Shown: positions 16,951 through 25,278, numbered from the stretch's first letter. The stretch: 25,773 nt of DNA from Pseudomonadota bacterium (GCA_043808895.1 JAZDEK010000204.1:1-25773), one strand, 5' to 3'. A program made the numbers and translations. The notes: generated by a model not told the origin, from the sequence alone.

Positions 16951-17271
16951 CTATCCTTTAAGATTTCTTAACTTTGTGACGTTAAGAGATCCAATTTTTT
17001 TAAATATCCCGAACACAATACCCGCCGCGACAGCTATAACGACGACCTCTATAACAATGAGCGTGATCGCCATTGTTTGCGCGAGTGCTAGACGGTTGCT
17101 AACATATCCCGCGAGTATTATCAAAAGCGTCACCGCCTTTGTAAGAAGCTCAAGTCCTATAAGTGTTCGGATAAAATTCCTGGTCACTGTTATGCAGTAA
17201 ATACCGCACACGAACAAGAGCACTATAAAAATACTAAACGTCCAAAAAAGGTTTGCTGATTCATTCATCAT
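16951..17271 (-). CDS. NuoK/MnhC-like membrane subunit
   Basis: NFIRTLIGLELL and ITLIVIEVV retain both NuoK-type glutamates. The start is likely 17271 or 17268 (GAGAGGG SD), not 17304. Confidence 0.88.
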   Translation of the reverse strand: MMNESANLFWTFSIFIVLLFVCGIYCITVTRNFIRTLIGLELLTKAVTLLIILAGYVSNRLALAQTMAITLIVIEVVVIAVAAGIVFGIFKKIGSLNVTKLRNLKG

Positions 17272-17764
17272 CTTTTGCCCTCTCTTTGAATAACACCACG
17301 ACACCGAAAACTCCGGCGAGCAGTATTATCATCTGACCTATTATATCTGTCGTCCTCATGCCCCATAGAACGTTCTTAACGTCGCCCTGGGGATAAAGAT
17401 TAAGTGTGTTGTTAAGTTCCGGATAAACCATATAAAATCCGAGGAAAACAAAAAGCCCGACGATGATAACAGGAAGATACCAGTATCTTTTTATCCTGTG
17501 CTTTGTCTGTTGTTTGAGTTCCGGCCTTGTTATCGGCTTTGTAAGGCTTATCGTGCTTACAAAAACTACGGTAATAAGTCCCGCGCATACAGAAAGCTCA
17601 AACACCGCAGCTAACGGAGAATCCAAGTTGAACATAAGAAGTGTGAGCACAATGCTTACGGCCGCAAGACCTATTGCCGACATCAAAAGGCTTCTCGTCA
17701 TAACAGCCCATACCGCGCAAAGCAGCATAATCGTAAGGAGAATTAAATTTAGATCTAAAGTCAC
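17261..17764 (-). CDS. NuoJ-like (DUF4040/MnhB-related) membrane subunit
   Basis: 167 aa, 5 hydrophobic segments, SPLAAVFELSVCAGLITV, C-terminal LWGMRTTDIIGQ; sits immediately before the NuoK-like gene. GTG start. Confidence 0.82.
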   Translation of the reverse strand: MTLDLNLILLTIMLLCAVWAVMTRSLLMSAIGLAAVSIVLTLLMFNLDSPLAAVFELSVCAGLITVVFVSTISLTKPITRPELKQQTKHRIKRYWYLPVIIVGLFVFLGFYMVYPELNNTLNLYPQGDVKNVLWGMRTTDIIGQMIILLAGVFGVVVLFKERAKDDE

Positions 17765-19164
17765 TTCAGCACCCCCGCTACCGGAATTATTATTGTATCA
17801 ACAAAGAACGGAAAGAATACTCCAACGCCTATTGTTATTATCGCGAGTATAACGGCAGGAAGAACCAGGCTCATCCCAGCCTCTTTTATTGAAAGCACTT
17901 TGAGTTTGCCAAAGAACACTCTTCTTTGAAGAGATAAAAAGTACGCGAGCGTTATTAAGCTTCCAAGTATCGCGGCAGCGGCGTAGCCGTATTGGCCGAC
18001 CTTCCACAGCGCTATTATTATAATAAGTTTGCTCCAGAACCCTGAAAGCGGAGGAATTCCAGCTGCTGATAAAAAAGCCACAACAGATGTCCAGCCCGTG
18101 AACGGCATCACTTTTGATAAGCCTCCCATGGAGTCCATGTCGCGCGTGCCCGTCTGTTTTTCCACAGCAGCCGCGTTAACAAAGAGCTGGGCCTTGAATA
18201 TTGAGTGATTAAAAAGATGGAACACAGCACCTGCTATTCCAAGTTCTGTTCCTGTACCAAGTGCCAAAATTATATAACCAACTTGGCTGATACTTGAGTA
18301 CGCGAGCATCCTTTTCATATCTTTTTGCGTTAAAGCGGCAAACGCGCCGATAAATATCGATATAATTCCGACGAGAAGAAGAATGCTTTTTATCGTCTCA
18401 TTAAATCCGAAAACTTCTGTCACCAAACGGATCATCGTGTAGATACCGGTCGTTTTTGTGACTATACCGGCCAAGAACACCGACGTACTCGCGGGAGCCG
18501 CGGTATACGCGTCGGGCAGCCAGCCGTGGAAAGGGACAAGCCCTCCTTTTATAAAAAGTCCGGCCATAAAAAGTATAACGGCTGTTAGCACAAAGAAATT
18601 ATTTGATCCCTGAACACCATCCCTGACGCTCAAGAACGTTGTGTCTCCAGAGTACATCATAAGAAGAGAGATGGATGTCAGCATCATTATCGTAGCAATA
18701 GCGGACAGCACTAAATATTTAAAAGAGCCCTCGAACGCCAGCTCGTCTTCCTGAATTGCTATCAATATAAAGGATGCAACCGCTGTTATTTCTAAAAATA
18801 CGTACATCGAAAATATGTCTCTTACCATAACAACGCCGTTCATTCCGACCACAGCAAGAAGTATCAGGTTAACAAAGTTAAAAGACTTTTTAGGGTCTTT
18901 AATTGTACCTGCCGCGACCAAGAGGGAGCAAAACGCGACAATGCCTACGGAAAGAATAAGAACAAGGCTCAATCTATCTAGCTCCAAATTAAAAGCCGTT
19001 GTGGAAAGCACAATGTTCAGCTTGTTATTAAAGATAACAAGAAAGCTTTGCAGGAACGTTGCGAACAATCCCAGCCAAAGCGCAACGCTTCGCATCGCTT
19101 TTTTAAAGCCGACGTTCAGTATAATTACAGAGACGAGCGGAATAAGAATTAATAAGAGTGCCAC
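17761..19164 (-). CDS. Antiporter-like subunit 3 (NuoN/MrpD-like)
   Basis: YVFLEI, KGGLVPFHGWLPDAY, KRMLAYSSISQVGY and GIPPLSGFWSK; 467 aa. Confidence 0.92.
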   Translation of the reverse strand: MALLLILIPLVSVIILNVGFKKAMRSVALWLGLFATFLQSFLVIFNNKLNIVLSTTAFNLELDRLSLVLILSVGIVAFCSLLVAAGTIKDPKKSFNFVNLILLAVVGMNGVVMVRDIFSMYVFLEITAVASFILIAIQEDELAFEGSFKYLVLSAIATIMMLTSISLLMMYSGDTTFLSVRDGVQGSNNFFVLTAVILFMAGLFIKGGLVPFHGWLPDAYTAAPASTSVFLAGIVTKTTGIYTMIRLVTEVFGFNETIKSILLLVGIISIFIGAFAALTQKDMKRMLAYSSISQVGYIILALGTGTELGIAGAVFHLFNHSIFKAQLFVNAAAVEKQTGTRDMDSMGGLSKVMPFTGWTSVVAFLSAAGIPPLSGFWSKLIIIIALWKVGQYGYAAAAILGSLITLAYFLSLQRRVFFGKLKVLSIKEAGMSLVLPAVILAIITIGVGVFFPFFVDTIIIPVAGVLK

Positions 19165-19178
19165 TTTAAAATATCCCC

Positions 19179-21014
19179 CTATTTAACCGTTTTTATTATC
19201 CAGACAGCTAGAAGTATCATCCCAGCCAGAGACCACAATATGTACATGGAAAAATTCCCTGTATGAGCTTTCTTAATACTGTTCGAGAATACGTTCGCCG
19301 TTTTAACGCTGAATACGTTATAGACCCAGTCGGTCGCTCTATCTACTCCGAACGCGGCGTAAGAGAACGCGTTAATGAATTTCAATCCTATATCGTAAGG
19401 GTCGAACACTTTTCTTTCGGCCTTATCATATATACCGTGAAGCACCGGCGCGTAATGTATGTGATCCACAGCACCTATGCCTTTACCAGTCTTTTTAACG
19501 CCGTACCTATGGTTAAGGTACGCGGCAGTAAGAACAACTATCGTTACAATGACAAGTGTAACGTTCGCATGAGTTTCGCCAAGGATATTCCCGTCGAGAG
19601 CCATATTCGAAAGCACAGGTTGAATTAAATGATAAATTGGATATGAGTTATAAACGCCAAAGAATATACAGAACGCGGCTATTACTATCATCGGAAGATA
19701 CATCGTCCATGGAACTTCCTTGATGTTGTTGTACTGCTCATCCCTTTTTCCTAAGAAAGCGGCATGACCAAGCTTTAAGAACGACGCGGCTGTTAAAAAC
19801 GACCCCAGCGCTGCAGCGCCGTAGAATATCCATCCTCTTTCAAGAGCGCCATCGTATATAAGTTCCTTTGAAAAGAATCCGTTGAACGGAGGAACTCCGG
19901 ATATGGAAAATGCTGCAACCAAAAAGCACGCAAAAGTTATCGGCATCTTTAAACCAATGCCGCCAAGTTTATTTAAGTCAGTGGTACCTGTTTGTCTTTC
20001 TACGGCACCGCCGGCAAGGAATAATCCGTCTTTATACAGAGCATTATTTATCATGTGGAAAAGTCCACCGATTATACCTACAGGAACGCATGTCCCAATG
20101 CCAAGTATCATGTATCCGACCTGACTGATGGCGTGATATGAGAGAAGTTTCTTAAAGTCGTGTTGAACAAGTGCCATCATAACAGCGGCGAGTATTGTTA
20201 CAGCGCCGATAGTCATCATTGTGTAACTTAGCCACGAGCCGTGGTCAAGTTTGAATAAGTCCAAAGATATTCTGGCAAGGAAATAGATTCCAACTATTTT
20301 TTCTATCGATCCGGGAATGAACGCCATGAACGGGAGCGGAGCATCCTTTGCGGCGTCGGGTATCCAGCTATGGAAAGGCATAGCACCCGCTTTTCCAATA
20401 GCTCCTATCATAAGAAGAAGGAACGCGACGCTGCCCAACCCTTGGGCAGGAATATTAATTCCGGACATTGTGAAAGTGCCGGCGATAAATCCTGTAAGAG
20501 CGATACCGGCCATAAAACAAATATCAGCAACGCCGTTAATTACGAATGCCTTAACCGCTGTTTTAAATGATTCCTTTCCGCCTATAGCTATGAAACCAAA
20601 TAGAGTTAGGAGCAGTCCTTCCCAGAAGAAAAGCATCATGATGAGGTTATTAGAAAGAAGAACTCCGTTCACTTGAGCGATAGTTAAAAGAAAATACGCG
20701 TAGAACTGTGACACATTATCTTTTCCTTTCATGAACGACGCTGAATAAAGCGCTATTAAAAGCGCGAACGCAGCCGCTGAAAGGATCATAAAGCTCGCGA
20801 AAGGATAAACTCTCAGCGAGAACTCAAGCCCCCATCCGCCGCCCCAAGGAAAAGAAAATAGCATTTCCTTTCTAAAAAGAGGGAATACTAAAATTAAATT
20901 TGTCGCCGCAACAAGTATCGCGAAGACCTCCCTATAGTACGCTCTTCTTGGAAGAAGAAAAACAAGTGCGGCAGCCACCGCCGGAATAATTAAAGTCCAA
21001 AGCATTATATTCAT
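19179..21014 (-). CDS. Antiporter-like subunit 2 with a NuoL/MrpA-type C-terminal lateral helix
   Basis: FFWEG, KAGAMPFHSWIPDA, KKLLSYHAISQVGY and GFFSKE. 611 aa, with an amphipathic extension ending HTGNFSMY and a final TM helix. Confidence 0.92.
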   Translation of the reverse strand: MNIMLWTLIIPAVAAALVFLLPRRAYYREVFAILVAATNLILVFPLFRKEMLFSFPWGGGWGLEFSLRVYPFASFMILSAAAFALLIALYSASFMKGKDNVSQFYAYFLLTIAQVNGVLLSNNLIMMLFFWEGLLLTLFGFIAIGGKESFKTAVKAFVINGVADICFMAGIALTGFIAGTFTMSGINIPAQGLGSVAFLLLMIGAIGKAGAMPFHSWIPDAAKDAPLPFMAFIPGSIEKIVGIYFLARISLDLFKLDHGSWLSYTMMTIGAVTILAAVMMALVQHDFKKLLSYHAISQVGYMILGIGTCVPVGIIGGLFHMINNALYKDGLFLAGGAVERQTGTTDLNKLGGIGLKMPITFACFLVAAFSISGVPPFNGFFSKELIYDGALERGWIFYGAAALGSFLTAASFLKLGHAAFLGKRDEQYNNIKEVPWTMYLPMIVIAAFCIFFGVYNSYPIYHLIQPVLSNMALDGNILGETHANVTLVIVTIVVLTAAYLNHRYGVKKTGKGIGAVDHIHYAPVLHGIYDKAERKVFDPYDIGLKFINAFSYAAFGVDRATDWVYNVFSVKTANVFSNSIKKAHTGNFSMYILWSLAGMILLAVWIIKTVK

Positions 21015-22444
21015 TTTACGACTCCCATAAGTTGTTGAACTGTCGTGTAAACATAGTCGGCCGGATAATTAATGAAAATTCCGCCGGCCAAAGAAAGCAC
21101 CGCAAGCAGCGCAACGCTGAATAACATAACGAACGAGCCCTCTTTTACAGGATGTTCAACTTTTGTCTGTCCCATAAATATAAGGATAAATATCCTGAAT
21201 AAATAAATTATCGTCATTACAGCGCCGAATAGGAACATTAGCGCTATCCAAACATGCCCACTCTGCAGAGTGCCATTAATAACAAGGAACTTTGAGAAGA
21301 AGCCTCCAAGCGGAGGAATTCCCATTACAGAGAACGCGCATATAAGGAATGCCATCGCTGTAACAGGCATTGTCTTTATAAGGCCGCCCATCTTTGTAAT
21401 GTCTTTTGTATGCGCGGACTGTTCAATTATACCGGCGCAAAGAAATAGTCCGGCTTTTGCCATGCCGTGCATCAATATATATAGTAAGCCACCCGCAAGA
21501 GCGACTTCGTTCCCGATAGAAAGCCCAAGGAATATAAAACCGATCTGGCTAATAGTTGAATACGCTATTATTCTCTTCATATCTTTGTCTATCATGGCGG
21601 CACCGGCTGAAACCAGGGCGCTTGCTCCCGCAATAACAGGGACAACTGTGTGCCATACGGCATCCAGGGTCATTGTCGCGACAAAAAGTCTCGCGTAAAC
21701 ATAGACACCGATCTTAACAAGAACAGCGGCGTGGAGAAGAGCAGTAACAGGAGACGGCGCAACACCGGCGTCCGGAAGCCATGTATGAAGTGGCAACGTC
21801 GCGGATTTTGAAAGTATACCGAACAGTATTAGCGCCATTGCGATATTGGGTACTGTTGAGTGTCCAATAACACCAAGGTCAAATGATCCTGTTGCTTCAT
21901 ATACATATAAGAAGCCGATAAGCATCATCAGGGCACCGAACACTGTAACAAGGAAAGCCTTGTCCGCTTTGAGCACGTGTTCTTTTTCCCTAAAGAATCC
22001 TATTAATCTCCAGCACGCTATTGCCGTGATCTCCCAGAATAAATAGAGACAGATCAAATTCCTGGAGAAGATTATTCCCATCATTGAGCCAAGGAACAGA
22101 ACCACCATAAAGTAGTATTCGTTCCTTTCTTCGTAGTGGCTTATGTAACCAAACGAGTAAAGCACGATGATAGATCCAACCAACGACGATACTATCGCCA
22201 TAAATACGGCAAGCCCGTCCGCGTAGAAATAATTCATAGCTAAAGTTTGACTGTAAAGGGCTGTGACTGTTTCGCCTCTAAGTACCATCGGTACTAAAGC
22301 AAAAGAGCACACTAATGAGGTCATTACCATTAGCAGTGCGCAGACGTTTCTTAACCCCTCTGATAGCCTTCCAAGCACGGGAAGTAGAAAAGACCCGAGT
22401 ACGGGTACTAACACTGTAAGCAGAATTAAAGATTCGTTCTTCAT
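21011..22444 (-). CDS. Antiporter-like subunit 1 (NuoL/EchA-like core, no lateral helix)
   Basis: LFWEI, KSATLPLHTWLPDAGVAPSPVTALLHAAVLVKIGVY, KRIIAYSTISQIGF and GIPPLGGFFSK; 477 aa. Confidence 0.92.
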   Translation of the reverse strand: MKNESLILLTVLVPVLGSFLLPVLGRLSEGLRNVCALLMVMTSLVCSFALVPMVLRGETVTALYSQTLAMNYFYADGLAVFMAIVSSLVGSIIVLYSFGYISHYEERNEYYFMVVLFLGSMMGIIFSRNLICLYLFWEITAIACWRLIGFFREKEHVLKADKAFLVTVFGALMMLIGFLYVYEATGSFDLGVIGHSTVPNIAMALILFGILSKSATLPLHTWLPDAGVAPSPVTALLHAAVLVKIGVYVYARLFVATMTLDAVWHTVVPVIAGASALVSAGAAMIDKDMKRIIAYSTISQIGFIFLGLSIGNEVALAGGLLYILMHGMAKAGLFLCAGIIEQSAHTKDITKMGGLIKTMPVTAMAFLICAFSVMGIPPLGGFFSKFLVINGTLQSGHVWIALMFLFGAVMTIIYLFRIFILIFMGQTKVEHPVKEGSFVMLFSVALLAVLSLAGGIFINYPADYVYTTVQQLMGVVK

Positions 22445-22584
22445 CCATAAACTCCTATATCAGATTACCTAACAGCCCCACATAGTTATAACGAAGTCTG
22501 TGTGTATGCAACCCTAAAATATGTCAGAACGGCGCAGTGCTCCTTACGTCTATTTTCTGCGCCTATTAACGATCTGCGGTCGCC

Positions 22585-23367
22585 TTATTTTAGATTATTC
22601 GCGTATAAAAAAGGCTCATCCTTCATAAGAGCGTCATACTGCGCGTCAAAAATAACGGTTTTATTTTCGGAAAGCACCACCGCGCGTTTAAACACTCCTT
22701 TCACATATTCAAAATCGTGCGTGGCACAAATTATAGTTTTTCCTTCGCGATTTAAATTCACAAGGAGTTCACTTATAAATCTTTTTGTTTTCGGGTCTAT
22801 CCCGTTCATCGGCTCATCAAGCACAAGGACTTTTGGCTCCATGACAAGAACGCTCGCCAGCGCCACTTTCTTTTTCTCACCCTCGCTTAAAAAATAAGGA
22901 ACCCTTTGGGAGAGTTTTTGTATACCGAGGAGTTCAAGATATTTTTTCACTTTGAGTCTTGTTTGTTCTTCATTCATACCCATTTGCATCGGAGCGAACG
23001 CGACTTCTTCATATACGCTGGAGCAAAAAAGTTGCGTTTCGGGGTTTTGGAACACGAATCCTATCGTGGAGTGAAAAGTTCTTGCCGCGTTAATATTGCT
23101 CAAATATTTCTCCGTTATGTGCTGGCCGTTAAAAAAGTAGCCCCTGCGTGAGTCGGTATTTTTATCGTTCGCGTCGGCATTATTGCCTTTCGTGTCAGCG
23201 GCGAAAACCAACCCGTTAATAAGTTTAAGGAGCGTGGATTTGCCACTCCCGTTCGGGCCTATTATCGCGACAGAGTCGCCTTCAGAAATACTGAGCGTGA
23301 TGTTGTTAAGCGCGGGGATATCGTCGTAGTTGAAGCTTATGTTCTTTATTGTGATAATCTCTTTCAA
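22585..23367 (-). CDS. nikO: ECF Ni/Co transporter ATPase (NikO/CbiO)
   Basis: Walker A GPNGSGKST, VFQNPE, LSEGEKKK, Walker B VLDEP and an H-loop. TTG start overlaps the nikQ stop. The Ni assignment comes from context. Confidence 0.88.
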   Translation of the reverse strand: MKEIITIKNISFNYDDIPALNNITLSISEGDSVAIIGPNGSGKSTLLKLINGLVFAADTKGNNADANDKNTDSRRGYFFNGQHITEKYLSNINAARTFHSTIGFVFQNPETQLFCSSVYEEVAFAPMQMGMNEEQTRLKVKKYLELLGIQKLSQRVPYFLSEGEKKKVALASVLVMEPKVLVLDEPMNGIDPKTKRFISELLVNLNREGKTIICATHDFEYVKGVFKRAVVLSENKTVIFDAQYDALMKDEPFLYANNLK

Positions 23368-24119
23368 ATCAACGCTCCTGAAAATAACATCAGCAGGATA
23401 AGGGCGATATACATATAATCGGACAGCCCTAATTTCAACAAGGACGTTCTTTTATATTCGCCGTTAAATCCTCGGCATACCATGGCGTCATACATACTTT
23501 CAGACATGTTCTTTGATTTAATGAATAGAACCCCGAACAGACCAAACATACTTTCGCGCGCTGTTTTGAATTCTCCGACGGTCTTTTTTTTGAGCGCCAA
23601 TAGCATATTGACCGCGGTATCGCCGACTATGACAATGTGTTTTACTGTAATTCCGACAATAAATATAATTACGTCGGGAACAAATAAAACCTTAAGGGAC
23701 TGCGTAATTTGGACCGGGTTGGTTGAATAAACAAAGACGTTGACGCAAAGAACACTGACAGCAATTTTAAGCACGATAAAAAAGGAAGCTGTTGTTTTGA
23801 ATAAAAAAACAGACGGCAACATAATAATAAACGCAAATAGAACAGAAGCACCGGCAACGGTTAATATTTTTTTTAATTCCCGACGCGGAAAAATAGCCGC
23901 TGCGACCGTAACAATAATGCCAATAAACAGAACGTACGACAGTTTTCCGGATAGACTTACGGACAGTACCAACACCAGCACAGACAAAAACTTTACGATA
24001 GGATTTACTGACGACAGAAAGGACGGTGATGTTTTCTCGCGTCTTAAATTGGAAAATACCCCAAAAAAAGAAAGAACGTTTTTCTCTATAAAATTACCTT
24101 TAATAATTCGTACGCGCAT
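23364..24119 (-). CDS. nikQ: ECF Ni/Co transporter T component (NikQ/CbiQ)
   Basis: Hydrophobic; VNPIVK at the N-terminus and MYDAMVCRGF (ECF-T motif); lies between the S component and the ATPase. Confidence 0.86.
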   Translation of the reverse strand: MRVRIIKGNFIEKNVLSFFGVFSNLRREKTSPSFLSSVNPIVKFLSVLVLVLSVSLSGKLSYVLFIGIIVTVAAAIFPRRELKKILTVAGASVLFAFIIMLPSVFLFKTTASFFIVLKIAVSVLCVNVFVYSTNPVQITQSLKVLFVPDVIIFIVGITVKHIVIVGDTAVNMLLALKKKTVGEFKTARESMFGLFGVLFIKSKNMSESMYDAMVCRGFNGEYKRTSLLKLGLSDYMYIALILLMLFSGALI

Positions 24120-25035
24120 TAAAAACTCTTTTTAAGGCTCTCGTTATAAAAAGTACCAGCGCTACTCCTATCACTGCCGACAACATATAAGAAAGCGCCC
24201 CGTTCTTAATGAACGGGATAGCATAGTCCGGGATTATGGAATTGAACTTAAATCCATTTTGCCTATCCCATTCACCCCACGCTGTGCCTGATACCAGCAT
24301 CCCCAGCGGCGACAAAAGGATCATAAAAACAATGACAGCGTACGCTGGTTTTAAATTGACCTCATAAATTTTCCTTACGGACACCGGAGAAACTCTTTTT
24401 ATAAAATTATAAATACCGACGGTAATAAATCCCTCTATCACTCCAACAACCAATAAATGCGGGATCATCATAGCGGGAAGCGCGATACTTAAAGGATATG
24501 GGGAATACATGGGCAGTCCCGCGACATTTTTAAAAAGCAGAGGCTGAATGCCGAACTCAAGCGCTGTAAAAAGGGCGCCAATATTTAAAGACATATAAGA
24601 CGCGACAAAAAGAGCGGCACTATTCCATTTATCCGATCTAAATAACGACCTTAAGACCATGTAGATAAAGTATCCGCTGAACGTCATAACAAAAGCAATG
24701 TTGAACGCGTTAACCCCAAAGGATAAGAGCCCTCCATCGCCAAAGAACACAGCCTGTATAAAAAGCGCGATGCTTAATGATACACACGCGGCAAATGGCC
24801 CGATAAGAACTGATAAAAGTGTCGCCCCTACGGCGTGCCCTGTGGTGCCACCAGGGAGCGGGATATTGAACATCATTAAAAGAAAAGAATAAGCGGCGAA
24901 TATCCCTACTAAAACTATATTCTTGGATGAGAATTCTTTTTTTACTTTCTTAACAGCCCATGCCCACACCGGTACCATAACAGCACCCGCTGCAGCACAA
25001 GTTGAGGGACTTAAATAGTTGTCAGGAACATGCAT
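24100..25035 (-). CDS. nikM: ECF nickel S component, NikM fused to a NikN/PDGLE-like domain
   Basis: Metal-binding N-terminus MHVPDNYLS, GGTTGHAVG, QAVFFGDGG; C-terminal LSPLG...AWGEWD...IPDY domain. Confidence 0.9.
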   Translation of the reverse strand: MHVPDNYLSPSTCAAAGAVMVPVWAWAVKKVKKEFSSKNIVLVGIFAAYSFLLMMFNIPLPGGTTGHAVGATLLSVLIGPFAACVSLSIALFIQAVFFGDGGLLSFGVNAFNIAFVMTFSGYFIYMVLRSLFRSDKWNSAALFVASYMSLNIGALFTALEFGIQPLLFKNVAGLPMYSPYPLSIALPAMMIPHLLVVGVIEGFITVGIYNFIKRVSPVSVRKIYEVNLKPAYAVIVFMILLSPLGMLVSGTAWGEWDRQNGFKFNSIIPDYAIPFIKNGALSYMLSAVIGVALVLFITRALKRVFNARTNY

Positions 25036-25059
25036 AAACTGTCAAAATAATGTTATGAA

Positions 25060-25236
25060 TTAATCGCCGGCGGCAATTGCTTCAACCGGGCACACTCCCA
25101 CGCAATTTCCGCAATCAATACATTTGGCGCCGTCTATAATGAAAATACTTCCATCCTGATTTATGGCAGACACCGGGCATTCCGGTTGGCAAGCACCACA
25201 GCCTACACACTTTTTCTTATCTATTCCGTGAGACAT
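25060..25236 (-). CDS. fdx: Clostridial-type 2[4Fe-4S] ferredoxin, 58 aa (absent from the ORF track)
   Basis: Hand translation gives MSHGIDKKKCVGCGACQPECPVSAINQDGSIFIIDGAKCIDCGNCVGVCPVEAIAAGD, with two CxxCxxCxxxCP motifs and a strong SD (AGGGAGG). Confidence 0.96.
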   Translation of the reverse strand: MSHGIDKKKCVGCGACQPECPVSAINQDGSIFIIDGAKCIDCGNCVGVCPVEAIAAGD

Positions 25237-25255
25237 TTTGTTACCTCCCTTGAGC

Positions 25256-25278
25256 TTATGAACTATCTTGTTTCATAA
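25256..25278. promoter_or_regulatory. Inverted repeat TTATGAA-N9-TTCATAA, candidate operator
   Basis: Perfect 7-bp inverted repeat in the 94-bp divergent spacer upstream of fdx. The binding factor is unknown. Confidence 0.35.

Noticed and set aside
17272-17304. Extended start of the NuoK-like gene
   Set aside because: It overlaps the NuoJ-like gene by 44 nt; an SD sits before the ATG at 17271.
13154-22444. Annotation as NADH:quinone oxidoreductase (nuo), Mbx/Mbs or Ehr
   Set aside because: The NuoD-like subunit has both Ni-ligating CxxC motifs and a cleavable tail, the hyp genes and protease are adjacent, and nuoEFG are absent.
22445-22584. NiCo or cobalamin riboswitch
   Set aside because: I could not fit the conserved junction sequences or multi-stem fold; only one short hairpin is visible.
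22502-22897. Plus-strand 131-aa ORF, and similar antisense ORFs (e.g. 9219-9596, 17463-17852, 21270-21698, 23740-24135)
   Set aside because: These are shadow frames opposite well-conserved genes, with no SD and no recognisable motifs.
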